Shown in pieces: positions 44,106 to 64,000 of a stretch of 64,000 nucleotides of DNA; position 1 is the stretch's first letter; each line of letters opens with the position of its first letter. The stretch is taken from the NCBI RefSeq assembly GCF_009914755.1, contig NC_060935.1; one strand, given 5' to 3'. A program made the translations under genes and the position numbers. Under the pieces are notes generated by a model, which saw nothing but the letters and a program-made list of their open reading frames with translations, was not told the origin of the DNA and ran no database searches. Origin of the DNA: the human T2T-CHM13v2.0 reference genome, Homo sapiens.

Positions 44106-44539
44106 CCTCCAACCTAGGGGTGGTAGCAACTTCTTGCTGTTGCTGGTCTCTGGGTCACCTCACTCTTCTGGTTGGAGTCTCTGCCTTTTCAATCACCCTT
44201 GTAGCCAGTTGTTTGTATTAAACTTTATCTTATGAAAATGCGCAGTGTGGTTCCTGTTTTCCTAGTAGGACCCTAGTCAACATAGAAGGGAGGTAGCGTG
44301 CTATTTTCAAATCTGTGGTCAGAGAAGATCCATTGAGCAGAGACGTAAGTAATGTGAAGGGGCGAGGCAAGGGATAAAGATCTGGGGGGAAGAGGATTCC
44401 AAGGAGAGGTAAAAGCCAGTGTGAAGGCCATAAAAGGGAAATGTTTGAGTGCATTCAAACAACAGCAATAAGCATGCATTCCGTTACCAAGGGAGGAACC
44501 AGAGAAGCTGGGGTTGGTGGGGTAGGCGGGGCCACCTTT

Positions 44540-45360
44540 CTGCTCAAGGCCTTCAGATCAGTCCCAGCAATGGCCTTCAAAGCCCTTCATAATTTAGTCT
44601 CTCGTTGCCTGTCTGACTTCAGCTCTTACTACTCCTTCCATTCCCCACTCTGCTCCAGCCACTGTCATTTCCTTGTTCTTCCTCAGCACTGCCCAGATGT
44701 GTTCCCACCACAGCACCTTGCACATGTTGTTCCTTCTGTCTGGAATATTTTCTCCCAGATATCCACAAAGCTTACTTTCTCATCTCCTTCAAGTCTTTGC
44801 TCAAATATAGTCTTTTTTTTTTTTAGATGGAGTCTCACTCTGTCACCTAGGCTGGAGTATAGTGGTGTGATCTCGGCTCACTGCAACCTCCGCCTCCTGG
44901 GTTGAAGAAATTCTCTGCCTCAGCCTCCCAAGTAGCTGGGATTACAGGCACCCACCACCTTACCCGGCTAATTTTTTGTATTTTTAGTAGAGAGGGGGTT
45001 TCGCCATCTTGGCCAAGCTGGTCTTGAACTCCTGACCTCATGATCCACCGGCATCGGCCTCTCAAAGTGCTGGGATTACAGGTGTGAGCCACCGCACCTG
45101 GCCACCCAAATATAGTCTTCTTAGTGAAACATCCCCTAATCACCCTGCTTCAAATTGCACACCCACCCCAGCTCTCCCCAACCCCTTTCATTCTTAATTT
45201 TCCTTCATGGCACTATTTGCTTTTTTGTAAACTCTATGACAGCAGGGATTTTTGAATGCTTAGTTTCAAAACATCGATGTATCCCCATCACTAATGTATC
45301 CCCCAATACCTGAACAGTGCCTGGCACACTGTAGATCTCTATACTAATTTGTTGAATTAA
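44540..45360 (+). mobile_element. L2 3' region, interrupted by Alu
   Basis: 'ccccactctgctccagccactg...ttgcacatgttgttccttctgtctggaat...aacagtgcctggcacactgtag...tttgttgaat'. Confidence 0.7.
44813..45103 (-). mobile_element. AluS
   Basis: Reverse Alu; TSD CAAATATAGTCTT. Confidence 0.93.
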
Positions 45361-45642
45361 TTAATTTTCATCAGGGGAATGAAACAATCTGATATACAAT
45401 TTCAAAAGAGAGGAGTGGGCTATGGGAAATCGACTTGGGGGCAATGGTGAAATCAGGGAAAACCAGTTAGGATAACTTGTAGCAATCTAAGATAGAGATG
45501 GTAGTAACTTAGGCTAAGACAGTAGCTACAGAGGTGATCAGAGGTAAGACTTAGGTTGGGTTTTAGAGGAGAAATAGACATGACTTGATAATTAATAAAA
45601 TGTAGAGGTAAAGGGAGATGAAGTGTCAAAGATGACTCCAAG

Positions 45643-45775
45643 AGCTGGGCACAGTGGTGTATGCCTGTAGTCCTAGCTACACAGGAGGCTGAGGCAGGTG
45701 GATCCCTTGTGCCCAGGAGTTTGAGACCAGCCTGGGAAAGACAGCAAGACCCTATCTTTAAAAAAAAAAAAAAAA
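45643..45775 (+). mobile_element. FLAM_C-like Alu monomer
   Basis: Single left-arm monomer with poly-A. Confidence 0.8.
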
Positions 45776-46141
45776 TTGTTTAAAGAAAAAGAATTTAAAA
45801 ATTTTAAAAAATTGTTTTAATGACTCCAAGTGTCCGGTATGCTGAGGTGCCCATCCCTAGATAGGAAAGACTGGAGCAGTGTCAAAATCAGAATGAAAGA
45901 TCAAAAGCTCCATTTTGGACATAGTTAAGTTAGAGATGTCTGAGCTCAGAAGCTCATCAACATATTAAAAGTATCTGAGGCTGGGAGTGGCTATGATCAT
46001 CTGGCCCTAAGGAGACGTAAAGATGCCAGGTTCTGTATTAAGTTGATCAAAAGATCCTCAAATATGCAGCAAATATTCCTTGTCACTTTATGGACAACTG
46101 GATTCCTCTTAAGTTTTTTCTCTTGGTCAAAAGTGAATTGC

Positions 46142-46775
<634 letters not shown>

Positions 46776-46976
46776 TTAATTCCCACATTCCAGTATGGCC
46801 GTTAGACCTTTCAAACAGGGCTTCTGCCCAGCCCCACCTCTGAGCGGATCCCTGCTCTGGAGTGACTTCTGCAACATTTTCTAAGTCTCTGATGCTTGGA
46901 ACAAGCTGGGGCCAGCAGGGCTTCCCAGTGAGACACCTCAAGTCCGAATGAAGATCCATGTGAGCCACAATTTCTA

Positions 46977-47335
<359 letters not shown>

Positions 47336-47532
47336 AAGCACAGGATTTTTCTCTTGGAGCATAGAAGGTCTTTCTAGGTATGACATAACACATAACCCAT
47401 AAAAGGAAAGGTCAAGATTTTGACAATATAAAATAAAAATTCCACATTACAAAACCCACCATAAGCAAAATGCAAAAGACAGAAAATCAAACTGGAAAAA
47501 AATTAACACTCTCATTAGTGACAAATTTATCT

Positions 47533-48271
<739 letters not shown>

Positions 48272-48689
48272 ATCTAAAAGCTAAGACTGAGGTGTCGGAG
48301 AAGCCAAGAGAAGAAAGTGTCAAAGATAATGAGAACAATCAAATGCATCCCATTCTGCTGAGAGGTCGAGAAGACAGAGACTGAAAAGGGCCCCTTAGAT
48401 ATGTTTATGTGGAGGTCACGAGGTGCCTTAGCCATTTTAATAGATTCGTGGTGGTCAAAATGCAAGGAAATGGGAATAGCATGTGCAGGACGTTCTTTTG
48501 AGATATGTTCTGTTAAACAGAGCAGAGAAACACCGATAGTGAAGGATACTGGGTTAGGTCTAGAAAGAAGCTTGCATTTGTTTTGTGTTGATTTACCTCA
48601 TTTTGACTTTTAAAGATAGAATCTTGATTGGATTTTCAAATTGAGCAGGAGAGGTTGAAAATGTCAGAAAGAAAGAGTATGGCTAAGAC

Positions 48690-49450
<761 letters not shown>

Positions 49451-49845
49451 CTAAGAGAAGGGGAATAGCTAATATAATCAGATCCCTGAGAGATAGAACA
49501 ATATAAAAGTATCAGCCCTTTGTAAGAGGGATGCTTCATCTGCTGGGAACTGGGCTCAACTACTTGCTAGCTGTGTGATCTTAGGCAAGCTATGTAACTT
49601 CTCTGCACCTGTATTTCATCATCTGTAAAATATTAGGATATAACAGAGGGGGAAAGGGAGAGGATGGGTACAGATGCAAGCAGGGTTTTAATTTGTTGTA
49701 ACAAAGACAAGGGAATGTCTCTCTGGATGGCTTCTAAATTATCTGTAAAATAGAAGGCAAAATCAGTAAGAGTGGGTGGTGTGAGGACAGAGGATGCAGA
49801 GATATGAAAAGATCTACAAAGCAATGAAAAAGTTAGAAAAAGTAG

Positions 49846-50252
<407 letters not shown>

Positions 50253-52001
50253 TTATATCACTTTTTCTAGCTATAGAATTTGCTGTAACAATTTCAGCTA
50301 CTCTGGTTCAGAAGAAGAAAATGAAAGTAATTGGGATCATTTGAGACTGGAGTTCAGCCAGATGAAAATGACAGAGGAGAGGGGAACACAGGAGCTGAGC
50401 ATATCTGCAAAGGAATTACTATAATGTTAGATTATAAAGTATTATTTTAAACAGACAGGAAGCCAGGAGCAGGTGGGTAAACAGAGAGAAAAGGAAGATA
50501 GACTGGATGCATTGATGAAGTCAGAGAGCTATTGCATTGGGGGTGGTGCCCATCCACCACACCACCCATGCACTCATGTGCACACAAATGTGCATGCACA
50601 ACCATATATATTGGTTTCCTAGTTCAATTTCTGTTTGGAAGCTGAAAAATATCCTCCCAAGGATTAGCTTCTTCAGAGAATAGAGATGGTAAAGAAAAAA
50701 AAATGTAAAACTGTCTAGGTTTCAGGACTAGATTTCACCCTTGTTCAGCCTACCCAAGTACAGGGCTGAGACACTTCCTTCCACATTACACTCCCCTTCC
50801 TGTGTGTCAAAGATCTGACTGCTTCAGTGGAGCTTACAAGTATCCTGAGTCGTTTTAAGTGAATGTCCACATGAGACAGTGTGGTTGGAGTGTGGCAATA
50901 TCTCAGGACACAGAGAGGTGACCTTCATCCTATATAAGATGTAGGTAGCTGCGGATGGAAAGCCTTCTCCCAGGAACGACTGGAAGATCATCTGTCAACA
51001 CTGGTGACATTGGGTGCTCACGTGACTGTTGACAGGAGGTCTGCAGGGGACAGCTTCTATGTTGCTTCCTCATGCTGGCTGATGGGGTGAGGCAAGTATG
51101 TTATTCTTGCCCCTATCCTCTCCTGAGCTGGAGTCTTCTGTAGGGCAGGGCTTTTCCTACTAACAGGTATATCCCCAGCTTCTTGGTCTGGGCCTGACAC
51201 AGAACAGTGTGTGTGTTGGCGGCGGTGGGTGGGAATAAATGGATGATTTCCTGACAATAGATGGAGCTAAGTTATTGTCATTAAGTAAATACTCCCTACG
51301 TCTTCCACAGGGCGGAGTGGCGAAGGGCAGTTTTTAACATTTAACTTTTCCTTCAGCCTCCACCTCACTGTAACCATAGATTTCCTCTCTCCTGTCAATG
51401 GACAGTGTGGATAAGGCATGGAAAACTGGGGAGAGTTATCAGCTAGACCTCATTAAATCAATGATAGTCAATACAGATACAGCATCTACTATGTATAAGG
51501 TGGTAGATTCTGTATAGTTGGTAATGAAATATAAGATGCAACTTTAAAAGTTTGCATCAGATACTAAAAGTCTTCCTCTGTCACATCTATTAATCTAAGT
51601 ACTGTCTCATTGTAACTTCACAACCTTATATTATCTATTATCTTCATGTCACACAGAAAGAAATTGAAGCTCAAAAAGTGATGTGCTTTGTCCAGGTCAC
51701 ACAACTAATAAGTGGCAGAACAAAGATTCTAATCCAGATAGCTTGAATTTAAATTGCAGCCCCTACTATTGGGGGTTCTACATACACTGCGTTGGAATTG
51801 CCTGTCAAGAAAAATTTCTTCTGGATTTGAGCTCTTAAAGGTATAGATTACTAGCTTTCCAGTAATCCCTAAAATTTCCACAAGAGGGAGACCTTTCCCC
51901 ATCAGTGCTGGGCTGCTGTCTGGAATTTCGAATTCAATTTGCAGTTTCACAGACAGCTCAAGAATTGGCTGGCCACTTGAACAGAATTTGTATAGGTTTC
52001 C

Positions 52002-52304
<303 letters not shown>

Positions 52305-52699
52305 TGTTTGTACAGGTTTCCTGACACAACAAAATGTAAGTACCCTAAGCGAATGTCTGCTTAAATTAACCCAGATTAACTAAGAAGTTATCTGTCCCAA
52401 CCAAGCAGCCCATTTTGTCCCTCTGCCAATCACTCTCCAAGCCAGGGACTCAGTTCGCCACTGAGGCAGAGGCTGTATAACTTTAGATCTTTAAACACCA
52501 GCCTTGCTCTCCCTTCCCCAAGTTCTAGTCATTATCCAATAGCCTAGAAGCCTGCACAATAGGTTTCAGAAGTTCTAAAACCCAGAGAAAGTCAAGAATA
52601 AGGTTGTCTCACCTTTCCCACTACCAGCCCTGCAGAAAACTTTGTTCATAATGAATTTTCCCACCTCCTAGGCCTCAACCACTATCCAAGGGCTTACAG

Positions 52700-53681
52700 A
52701 GACAGTGTCTGAGCAACAGGTACGGAATCCTATCATGTCGTACCAGGAACCACTTTTCAGCAAAAGAGGTGTAAAGCGGGCACATGACTTTTGTGTCCAC
52801 TGGTCACATTACAGCCGACCACCCAGAAACTGCCAGCCTAACACAGTGATAGAATCAGCTGTAGATGCACAGCTGAAGCACAAACATGGAAGTAATTCCT
52901 AGAGAGGAGGAGGTGCCACCTTCTAGCATGCAGTATACACTTTAAACCAACAACCTGGTGTTCTGTTCCCAAAAGGTAAAACACATGGGTTCAGAACCAA
53001 AGAGAGAAAGCAGGCGTGGCTCTGTTCGCCATCACTCCCAGGAATCTACTTGGGAAATTTGTGCTTTCTGCCCCTACAACTCTAGGCTCTGCTGCTTTAG
53101 AGGCTCTGATTCCCAATGGGGAAATGTGTCCAGCAGGTGAATGGGTTATGGTTGTTGCCTAGGAACTCTGGGCTCCTGCGTGCAGGGGCCAGCAGGCAAG
53201 AAGAGGCATGATCATGGTGGCTGTAGCGTTGATCCTGATTGTCATTGTTGATCCTGATAATACAACTGTTACAAAATGGAGACATGGGGGAATATGCTTG
53301 GCATCCAGCTGGCCCACTTGGGTGCCTCTTGGTAGTCCCTGCCCTATTTTGATGGTAAAAAGACAAGTGCAGGAGCATGGCTTGAGGAGAGCATGGATAG
53401 TGAGGCTCAGACCCCCCAGGGAGAAAGTTTGCATTACACCATCAGGTAAGCCACTGAAATCAGCAGAGGTGCTCTCTAAGGGTGAAGGAAAGCTAAAATG
53501 GATAAAAGAGGAAAATGATGAGTATCAGTTGCTGTCCTGAGAGAGGCTTCAGAGAGCTATAATTCTTTCCACTATCTTTCTTCTAATTTCCACCATGAAG
53601 AGAGACTCATTAGTCATTAGTATGCTAGAGGAGCTGTTCCAGACTTCTGTGAAATGAATCCAAGTGGCACAAGAGGTAGTC
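52700..53681 (+). pseudogene. ERVL-class (HERV16-like) internal 3' fragment: IN core and dUTPase-like remnants
   Basis: 'FSAKEV..RAHDFCVHWSHY' resembles ERVL IN FTAKEVRQWAHAHGIHWSYH; 'QQARRG..' and '..VDPD' are dUTPase-like; followed by an LTR16. Confidence 0.6.
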
Positions 53682-53934
53682 TGTGGTGGACACTGTGATG
53701 TGCCACCTGACCTGCCTTCAGGAACAAAGGGCTTATTCCCCCATGTAGACCAAAAATAAAATTCTAAGCTCCCCCAACCAACTGACAGAGTCCCCTCTCT
53801 CCCAAAGACATTCCAAACTAAACCAGAAAATCTAGTTCAGGCCATGATTGAAAGTGGGGATTGGACATGCCTCATCATACTCTTCTCTCTCAGAATTGGG
53901 AACAAGTGACGAGCATTAACATTTAAAAAGATCT

Positions 53935-54253
53935 GGCCGGGTGCAGTGGCTCACGCCTGTAATCCCAGCACTTTGGGAGGCCGAGGCAGGTGGATCATGA
54001 GGTCAGGAGTTCAAGACTAGCCTGGCCAACATGGTTAAACCCCGTCTCTACTAAAAATACAAAAATTAGCTGGGCGTGGGGGCAGGTGCCTGCAATCCCA
54101 GCTATTTGGGAGGCTGAGGCAGAGAATTGCTTGAACCTGGGAGGCGAAGGTTGCAGTGAGCCGAGATCGCACCACTGCACTCCAGCCTGGGCGAGAGAGC
54201 AAGACTCCGTCTCAAAAAATAAAAAATAAAATCATAAATAATAAATAAATAAA
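53935..54253 (+). mobile_element. AluS
   Basis: Full dimer; TSD AAAGATCT. Confidence 0.93.
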
Positions 54254-54420
54254 AGATCTTAATGGGGAAAACCTACATTCTGTAGACAATCCCTTTTTTT
54301 CTCCAGGTCTCTCCTCTGATCCAGGAGAAAATTAAGAGTCTGGCACCTGTTTAGGTCTGATAAGCGCTCTGATGCCTGATACATGGAGGTTTCATCTGCA
54401 TGATAAAATCTTGGTCTCCG

Positions 54421-55281
<861 letters not shown>

Positions 55282-55473
55282 TGATTGGCCTCTTATGTCT
55301 CCCTAAAAGATGTAAAACCAAGCTGTAACCTGACCACCTTGGGCACATGCTCTGCGTGTGCTCTCAGGGTCTCCTGGGGCTGTATCACAGGCCATTGGTC
55401 GCTCCTTTTGGGCTCAGAATAAATCTCTTCAAATATTTAACAAAGTTTGACTCTTTTCATCAATACCTAGCTG

Positions 55474-56495
<1,022 letters not shown>

Positions 56496-56910
56496 GCTGC
56501 TCAGAATGGTCTCAACAGAAAGTCCTCAGCCCCCTACAGGGATTTTCCTAAATGAAACAAGCTCTCTCATCCCATTTCAGGACAACTCTGAAGGGTCATC
56601 CCAGCTTCAGCGCTCCTATGGGGTCCAACGAGACCTCTGACGGCATCACAGATCAACTTGCTCATTTACCCAAGTCTGCTTTCTTCCCTTTCCTTTCACA
56701 GGTGTTCATTTAAAAAGCACTTTCTAATACATTTCTCTCTCATTAGTCTCTGTCTTAGAACCTGATTCCTAGAGAACAGTGTCATTAATTTTGAGGGAAG
56801 ACGGGCTTTTGATCACCTATCCAGAAGGATAAGGGTGTGTGATATGGCAGCAAGTGATGGTTCTATCAAAAACAACATGTATGAAAACACTGCATAAAAG
56901 AGGACTCAGC

Positions 56911-57225
<315 letters not shown>

Positions 57226-57735
57226 TCAGCAAATGAGAAAAGAGGATGTGATCAGGAAAGATGTTGTTACTGGGTATGTGCTAAGGCCTTGAAGATCAAT
57301 AAATTTGGACCCTGGGGTCATCAGTGTCCTCCATAAGGAAGGACAGAGTGAATCTCTGTCCTGAATCTACTGTCCTGAATGGACAGTAACAATTACGGAG
57401 AAATGAGGCAACTTGAAATCCCTGATAGGGAAATGGGAGATGACGTTTCATAGCAAATTTACCAGGCTCTTTCATGCCTTGTACTTTGTTCATGACATCC
57501 CTCCTCCCTCCTTTTCCTACTGCCAAAATTTGAATCCTTGAAGATTACAGATCCAAGCCTACAGTTACGAAAAAGAAGTAGCTATAAGGAAGGAAAAGCC
57601 TTTTCCTCTATCCTCTTAAGTTCAGTGGCTGAGGCCTGTAAATTAAACTGGCAAAAGACAAATTAACAGGAGAAAAGGGTTTATTCATATGCACAGGGAA
57701 CCACAAAAGAAGTAGCTGGCTCATCAAATGGTTGA

Positions 57736-57892
57736 AATTAGCCAGGCGTAGTGGCTCACGCCTGTAATCCCAGCTACTCGGAAGGCTGAGGCAGGAGAAT
57801 CGCTTCAACCCAGGAGGCAGAGGTTGCGGTGAGCTGAGATCACGCCATTGCCCTCCAACCTGAACAAGAGTGAAACTCTGTCTCAAAAAAAA
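57736..57892 (+). mobile_element. Alu right monomer
   Basis: 'aaattagccaggcgtagtgg...gaaactctgtctcaaaa'. Confidence 0.88.
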
Positions 57893-57968
57893 GGAAGGAA
57901 GGAAGGAAGGAAGGAAGGAAGGAAGGAAGGAAGGAAGGAAGGAAGGAAGGAAGGAAGGAAGGAAGGAA
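57893..57968 (+). repeat. (GGAA)19 uninterrupted microsatellite
   Basis: Counted directly: 2+15+2 units. Confidence 0.97.
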
Positions 57969-58246
57969 AAGGCTTACACATCTAACTTAGTAGGAGAAAG
58001 GGAAAGGGGAGAAAGTTCCAGGGGAGAAAGAGGTTTCTTAAGGAAAGACAAAAGGGTTTTCAAAAGAACAAACATGAGGCCAGAAAGTGTGTGATGCTGT
58101 GGTCTATGCCAGCATGTGTGGTCTTCCTGTCTTCTTCAGAGCCATTAAACTTCCCTGAAAAGGGTATTTATGTTGAGTTTACTCTTGGTCTCCCTCCTCA
58201 GAGTGGAAGCCTTGCTGAAGAGGGTATGTATGGCAGTCTTCATTTC

Positions 58247-60125
<1,879 letters not shown>

Positions 60126-60283
60126 TTTCCCAGAAGTTTTAATCAGATGAAGAAAGCTCCCAGAAGGTTTATTTCTGCATCTATTGAATCTGAAATGTCT
60201 TCGGCTTAAAATAATTGTTATACCAACTCTGGTGTTCTGAATGGGTCCCCACACAGCAAAGAATAGAGCCAGAATGTTGCATT

Positions 60284-60913
<630 letters not shown>

Positions 60914-61044
60914 CATCCAAATTCCAGTTCCAGCACTTACTAGCTAGCTGTGGGATCTTGAGCCACTTACTTAATCCTACTTTCCTTCTCCGTAAAATGG
61001 GGATAATTATAATACCGACTTCCAAATTTGTTGTGAGGATTAAC

Positions 61045-61485
61045 GTAAGGCAGAGTCCTCAGAAAAGTACCTACAGAGGGTTATTCGGGCCAAGGGCCAA
61101 GGTTGAGGACTGCGACCCAGGACACACTTGCAAGTTGTCTTGGGGGAGCACTCTGGACAACAAAAGAGAGGCTCATATTTTCAAAGAAAAAAAGATGAAT
61201 TAGGAGAGGAAATGAATACAAAAGTTGTTCATCAGGAATTCTCATTGTTTACAGAAATAACACTGGTTATACATTGTTTAGCGCTTGGCTATACATTGTT
61301 GAACTATAAGGTGTATGGCATTTAATGGCTACTTGGCATAGCAAGTGGTTTCAAGAGATAATTACTTAGCTCAAAGAAGAGTGAGAGTGACTGTTGCTAC
61401 ATTTTAAATGCCTGTCTGGGCCTGATAATTTAAAGGGGCTCATCTTCCTTAGATAAAAAGGTTTTGTTTTGTTTTGTTTTTCATA
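61045..61485 (-). mobile_element. Probable ERV1 LTR (MER65-like)
   Basis: LTR-like block splitting a MIR; family assignment tentative. Confidence 0.4.
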
Positions 61486-61725
61486 GTACATAATCTTAAA
61501 AATGCATGCTAATTATTACTGTGAGTACTCTATCTGAGATGATGTCCCCAGAACTGGGGGGAAAAAACACTTGTAAAAAATTATCAAAGGAAAGAACTGA
61601 CAGGACTTGATAGCTCTGAGGATTCCTCAGAAGCACTCGTCAAACAGCTTAGGGTTTAATTGCTATTCTGCCACTTAACTTCTTTGTGCCTCATCCTATC
61701 TGTAAAGGAGGGTAATAATAGTATT

Positions 61726-62192
61726 TGCAGGGACCAAGGGAAACTTTCCCTTCGCCCTCTGAAATTCTGCTGAAAAATCAACCCACAAAAAACAGATTAA
61801 TTGAAGAAAAGGCATAGAAATTGTATTAATGTGTCCACGGGGAACCACAGAGTGACTACCCACTTCCCAGACGAGTTCAGAAGCTTAGGTGTCATTCAGG
61901 CAAAGGGGGTTGTGGGAGTGAGGGGAAGAGGAATTCTGCTGAGGGAGAAGGAATGGATCAGGGAACAGATTAACTAGCACATTATCATGTGAAGGGGTCT
62001 GTTCAGGTGTGATTATATTCTTGGTTTTGTAGGGAGGGGAAGAAAAAAACCGTTGTTCCTTTTGATGGGTCTGGACGCTAGGTAACGGCTTTGGGAGAGA
62101 GGGCGCGGGAGTAGGAAGGCCAGACACACCTTAAGGCTTAACTTAGTAAGTCAAACCACCATATTTTGGGTATGGATTTCTGAGCCCCAATA
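61726..62192 (-). mobile_element. MER34-group ERV1 LTR inserted in a MIR
   Basis: Minus strand starts 'tattggggctcagaaatccatacccaaaaatatgg'. Confidence 0.65.
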
Positions 62193-62619
62193 TAATAGGT
62201 ACTTCTTAGGGTTGTTGTGAGAATTGAAGATTATTAATTATAAAGTGCCTGGGTTGGTGCTTGGCACATCATAAACAACTCCATAAATGCTCGCTTTTAC
62301 TGTCGTGGATACACGGAGGTGGGAGACCCAATTGGGTTCCCGCCCATGTTATTGGCCCCCACGGCTATATGGTCTTTACGGCTTCCTAGTCTCTTCACCA
62401 TCTCTAAGGTTTGTTTCCTCATCTGAATCACAGGTGAGTGATTCTCAGGGTGACTCAAGAGGGCTGGTGCCAGTGGCAGAGCATGGGGAATCGAGGGAAG
62501 GCGCCTTCCTGTCAGAGGCAACACACCCAGTGGGAGGATCCTGCCCGCCCTGCTCTCTCCTACCTCCCCTTCCCGGGCTAAACGCTGGGGTCGGTCTGGC
62601 AGCTATTCCGGGAATCTGA

Positions 62620-64000
<1,381 letters not shown>

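Larger units (their letters stand above)
38180..44283 (+). mobile_element. LTR33-like ERVL LTR split by the HERV-H insertion
   Basis: 'ctgcatttcccaggctccc' before the provirus and 'cctaggggtggtagcaacttcttgctgttgct...gtggttcctgttttcct' after it. Confidence 0.6.

Overview
Human (primate) genomic DNA, identified as 11p15.4 from the SMPD1 coding sequence. About 62 kb of transposon-dense intergenic sequence is followed by the SMPD1 (acid sphingomyelinase) CpG-island promoter, exon 1 (63056-63373; Ala36 allele, Leu-Ala hexamer repeat), intron 1 and the start of exon 2. The upstream region holds a 5.6-kb HERV-H provirus (LTR7s, tRNA-His PBS, CCTCC TSD) co-oriented with SMPD1, many ERV1/ERVL/MaLR solo LTRs in multi-level nests, two decayed ERVL pol fragments, about 35 Alus, and L1/L2/MIR/DNA-transposon relics. 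Leads not explained by routine annotation: (1) the HERV-H leader AUG and splice donor are in frame with SMPD1 exon 2; (2) a pure (GGAA)19 lies ~5 kb upstream of SMPD1; (3) an ancient duplicated module contains a CTCF motif, a ~29-bp TGACCAG array and a conserved 25-mer; (4) an apparent L1-mediated retrocopy of a MER50 LTR-initiated RNA; (5) a 163-bp templated duplication. Repeat subfamily names come from remembered consensus sequences and need RepeatMasker/Dfam confirmation. No prokaryotic systems, CRISPR arrays or structural RNA genes were seen.
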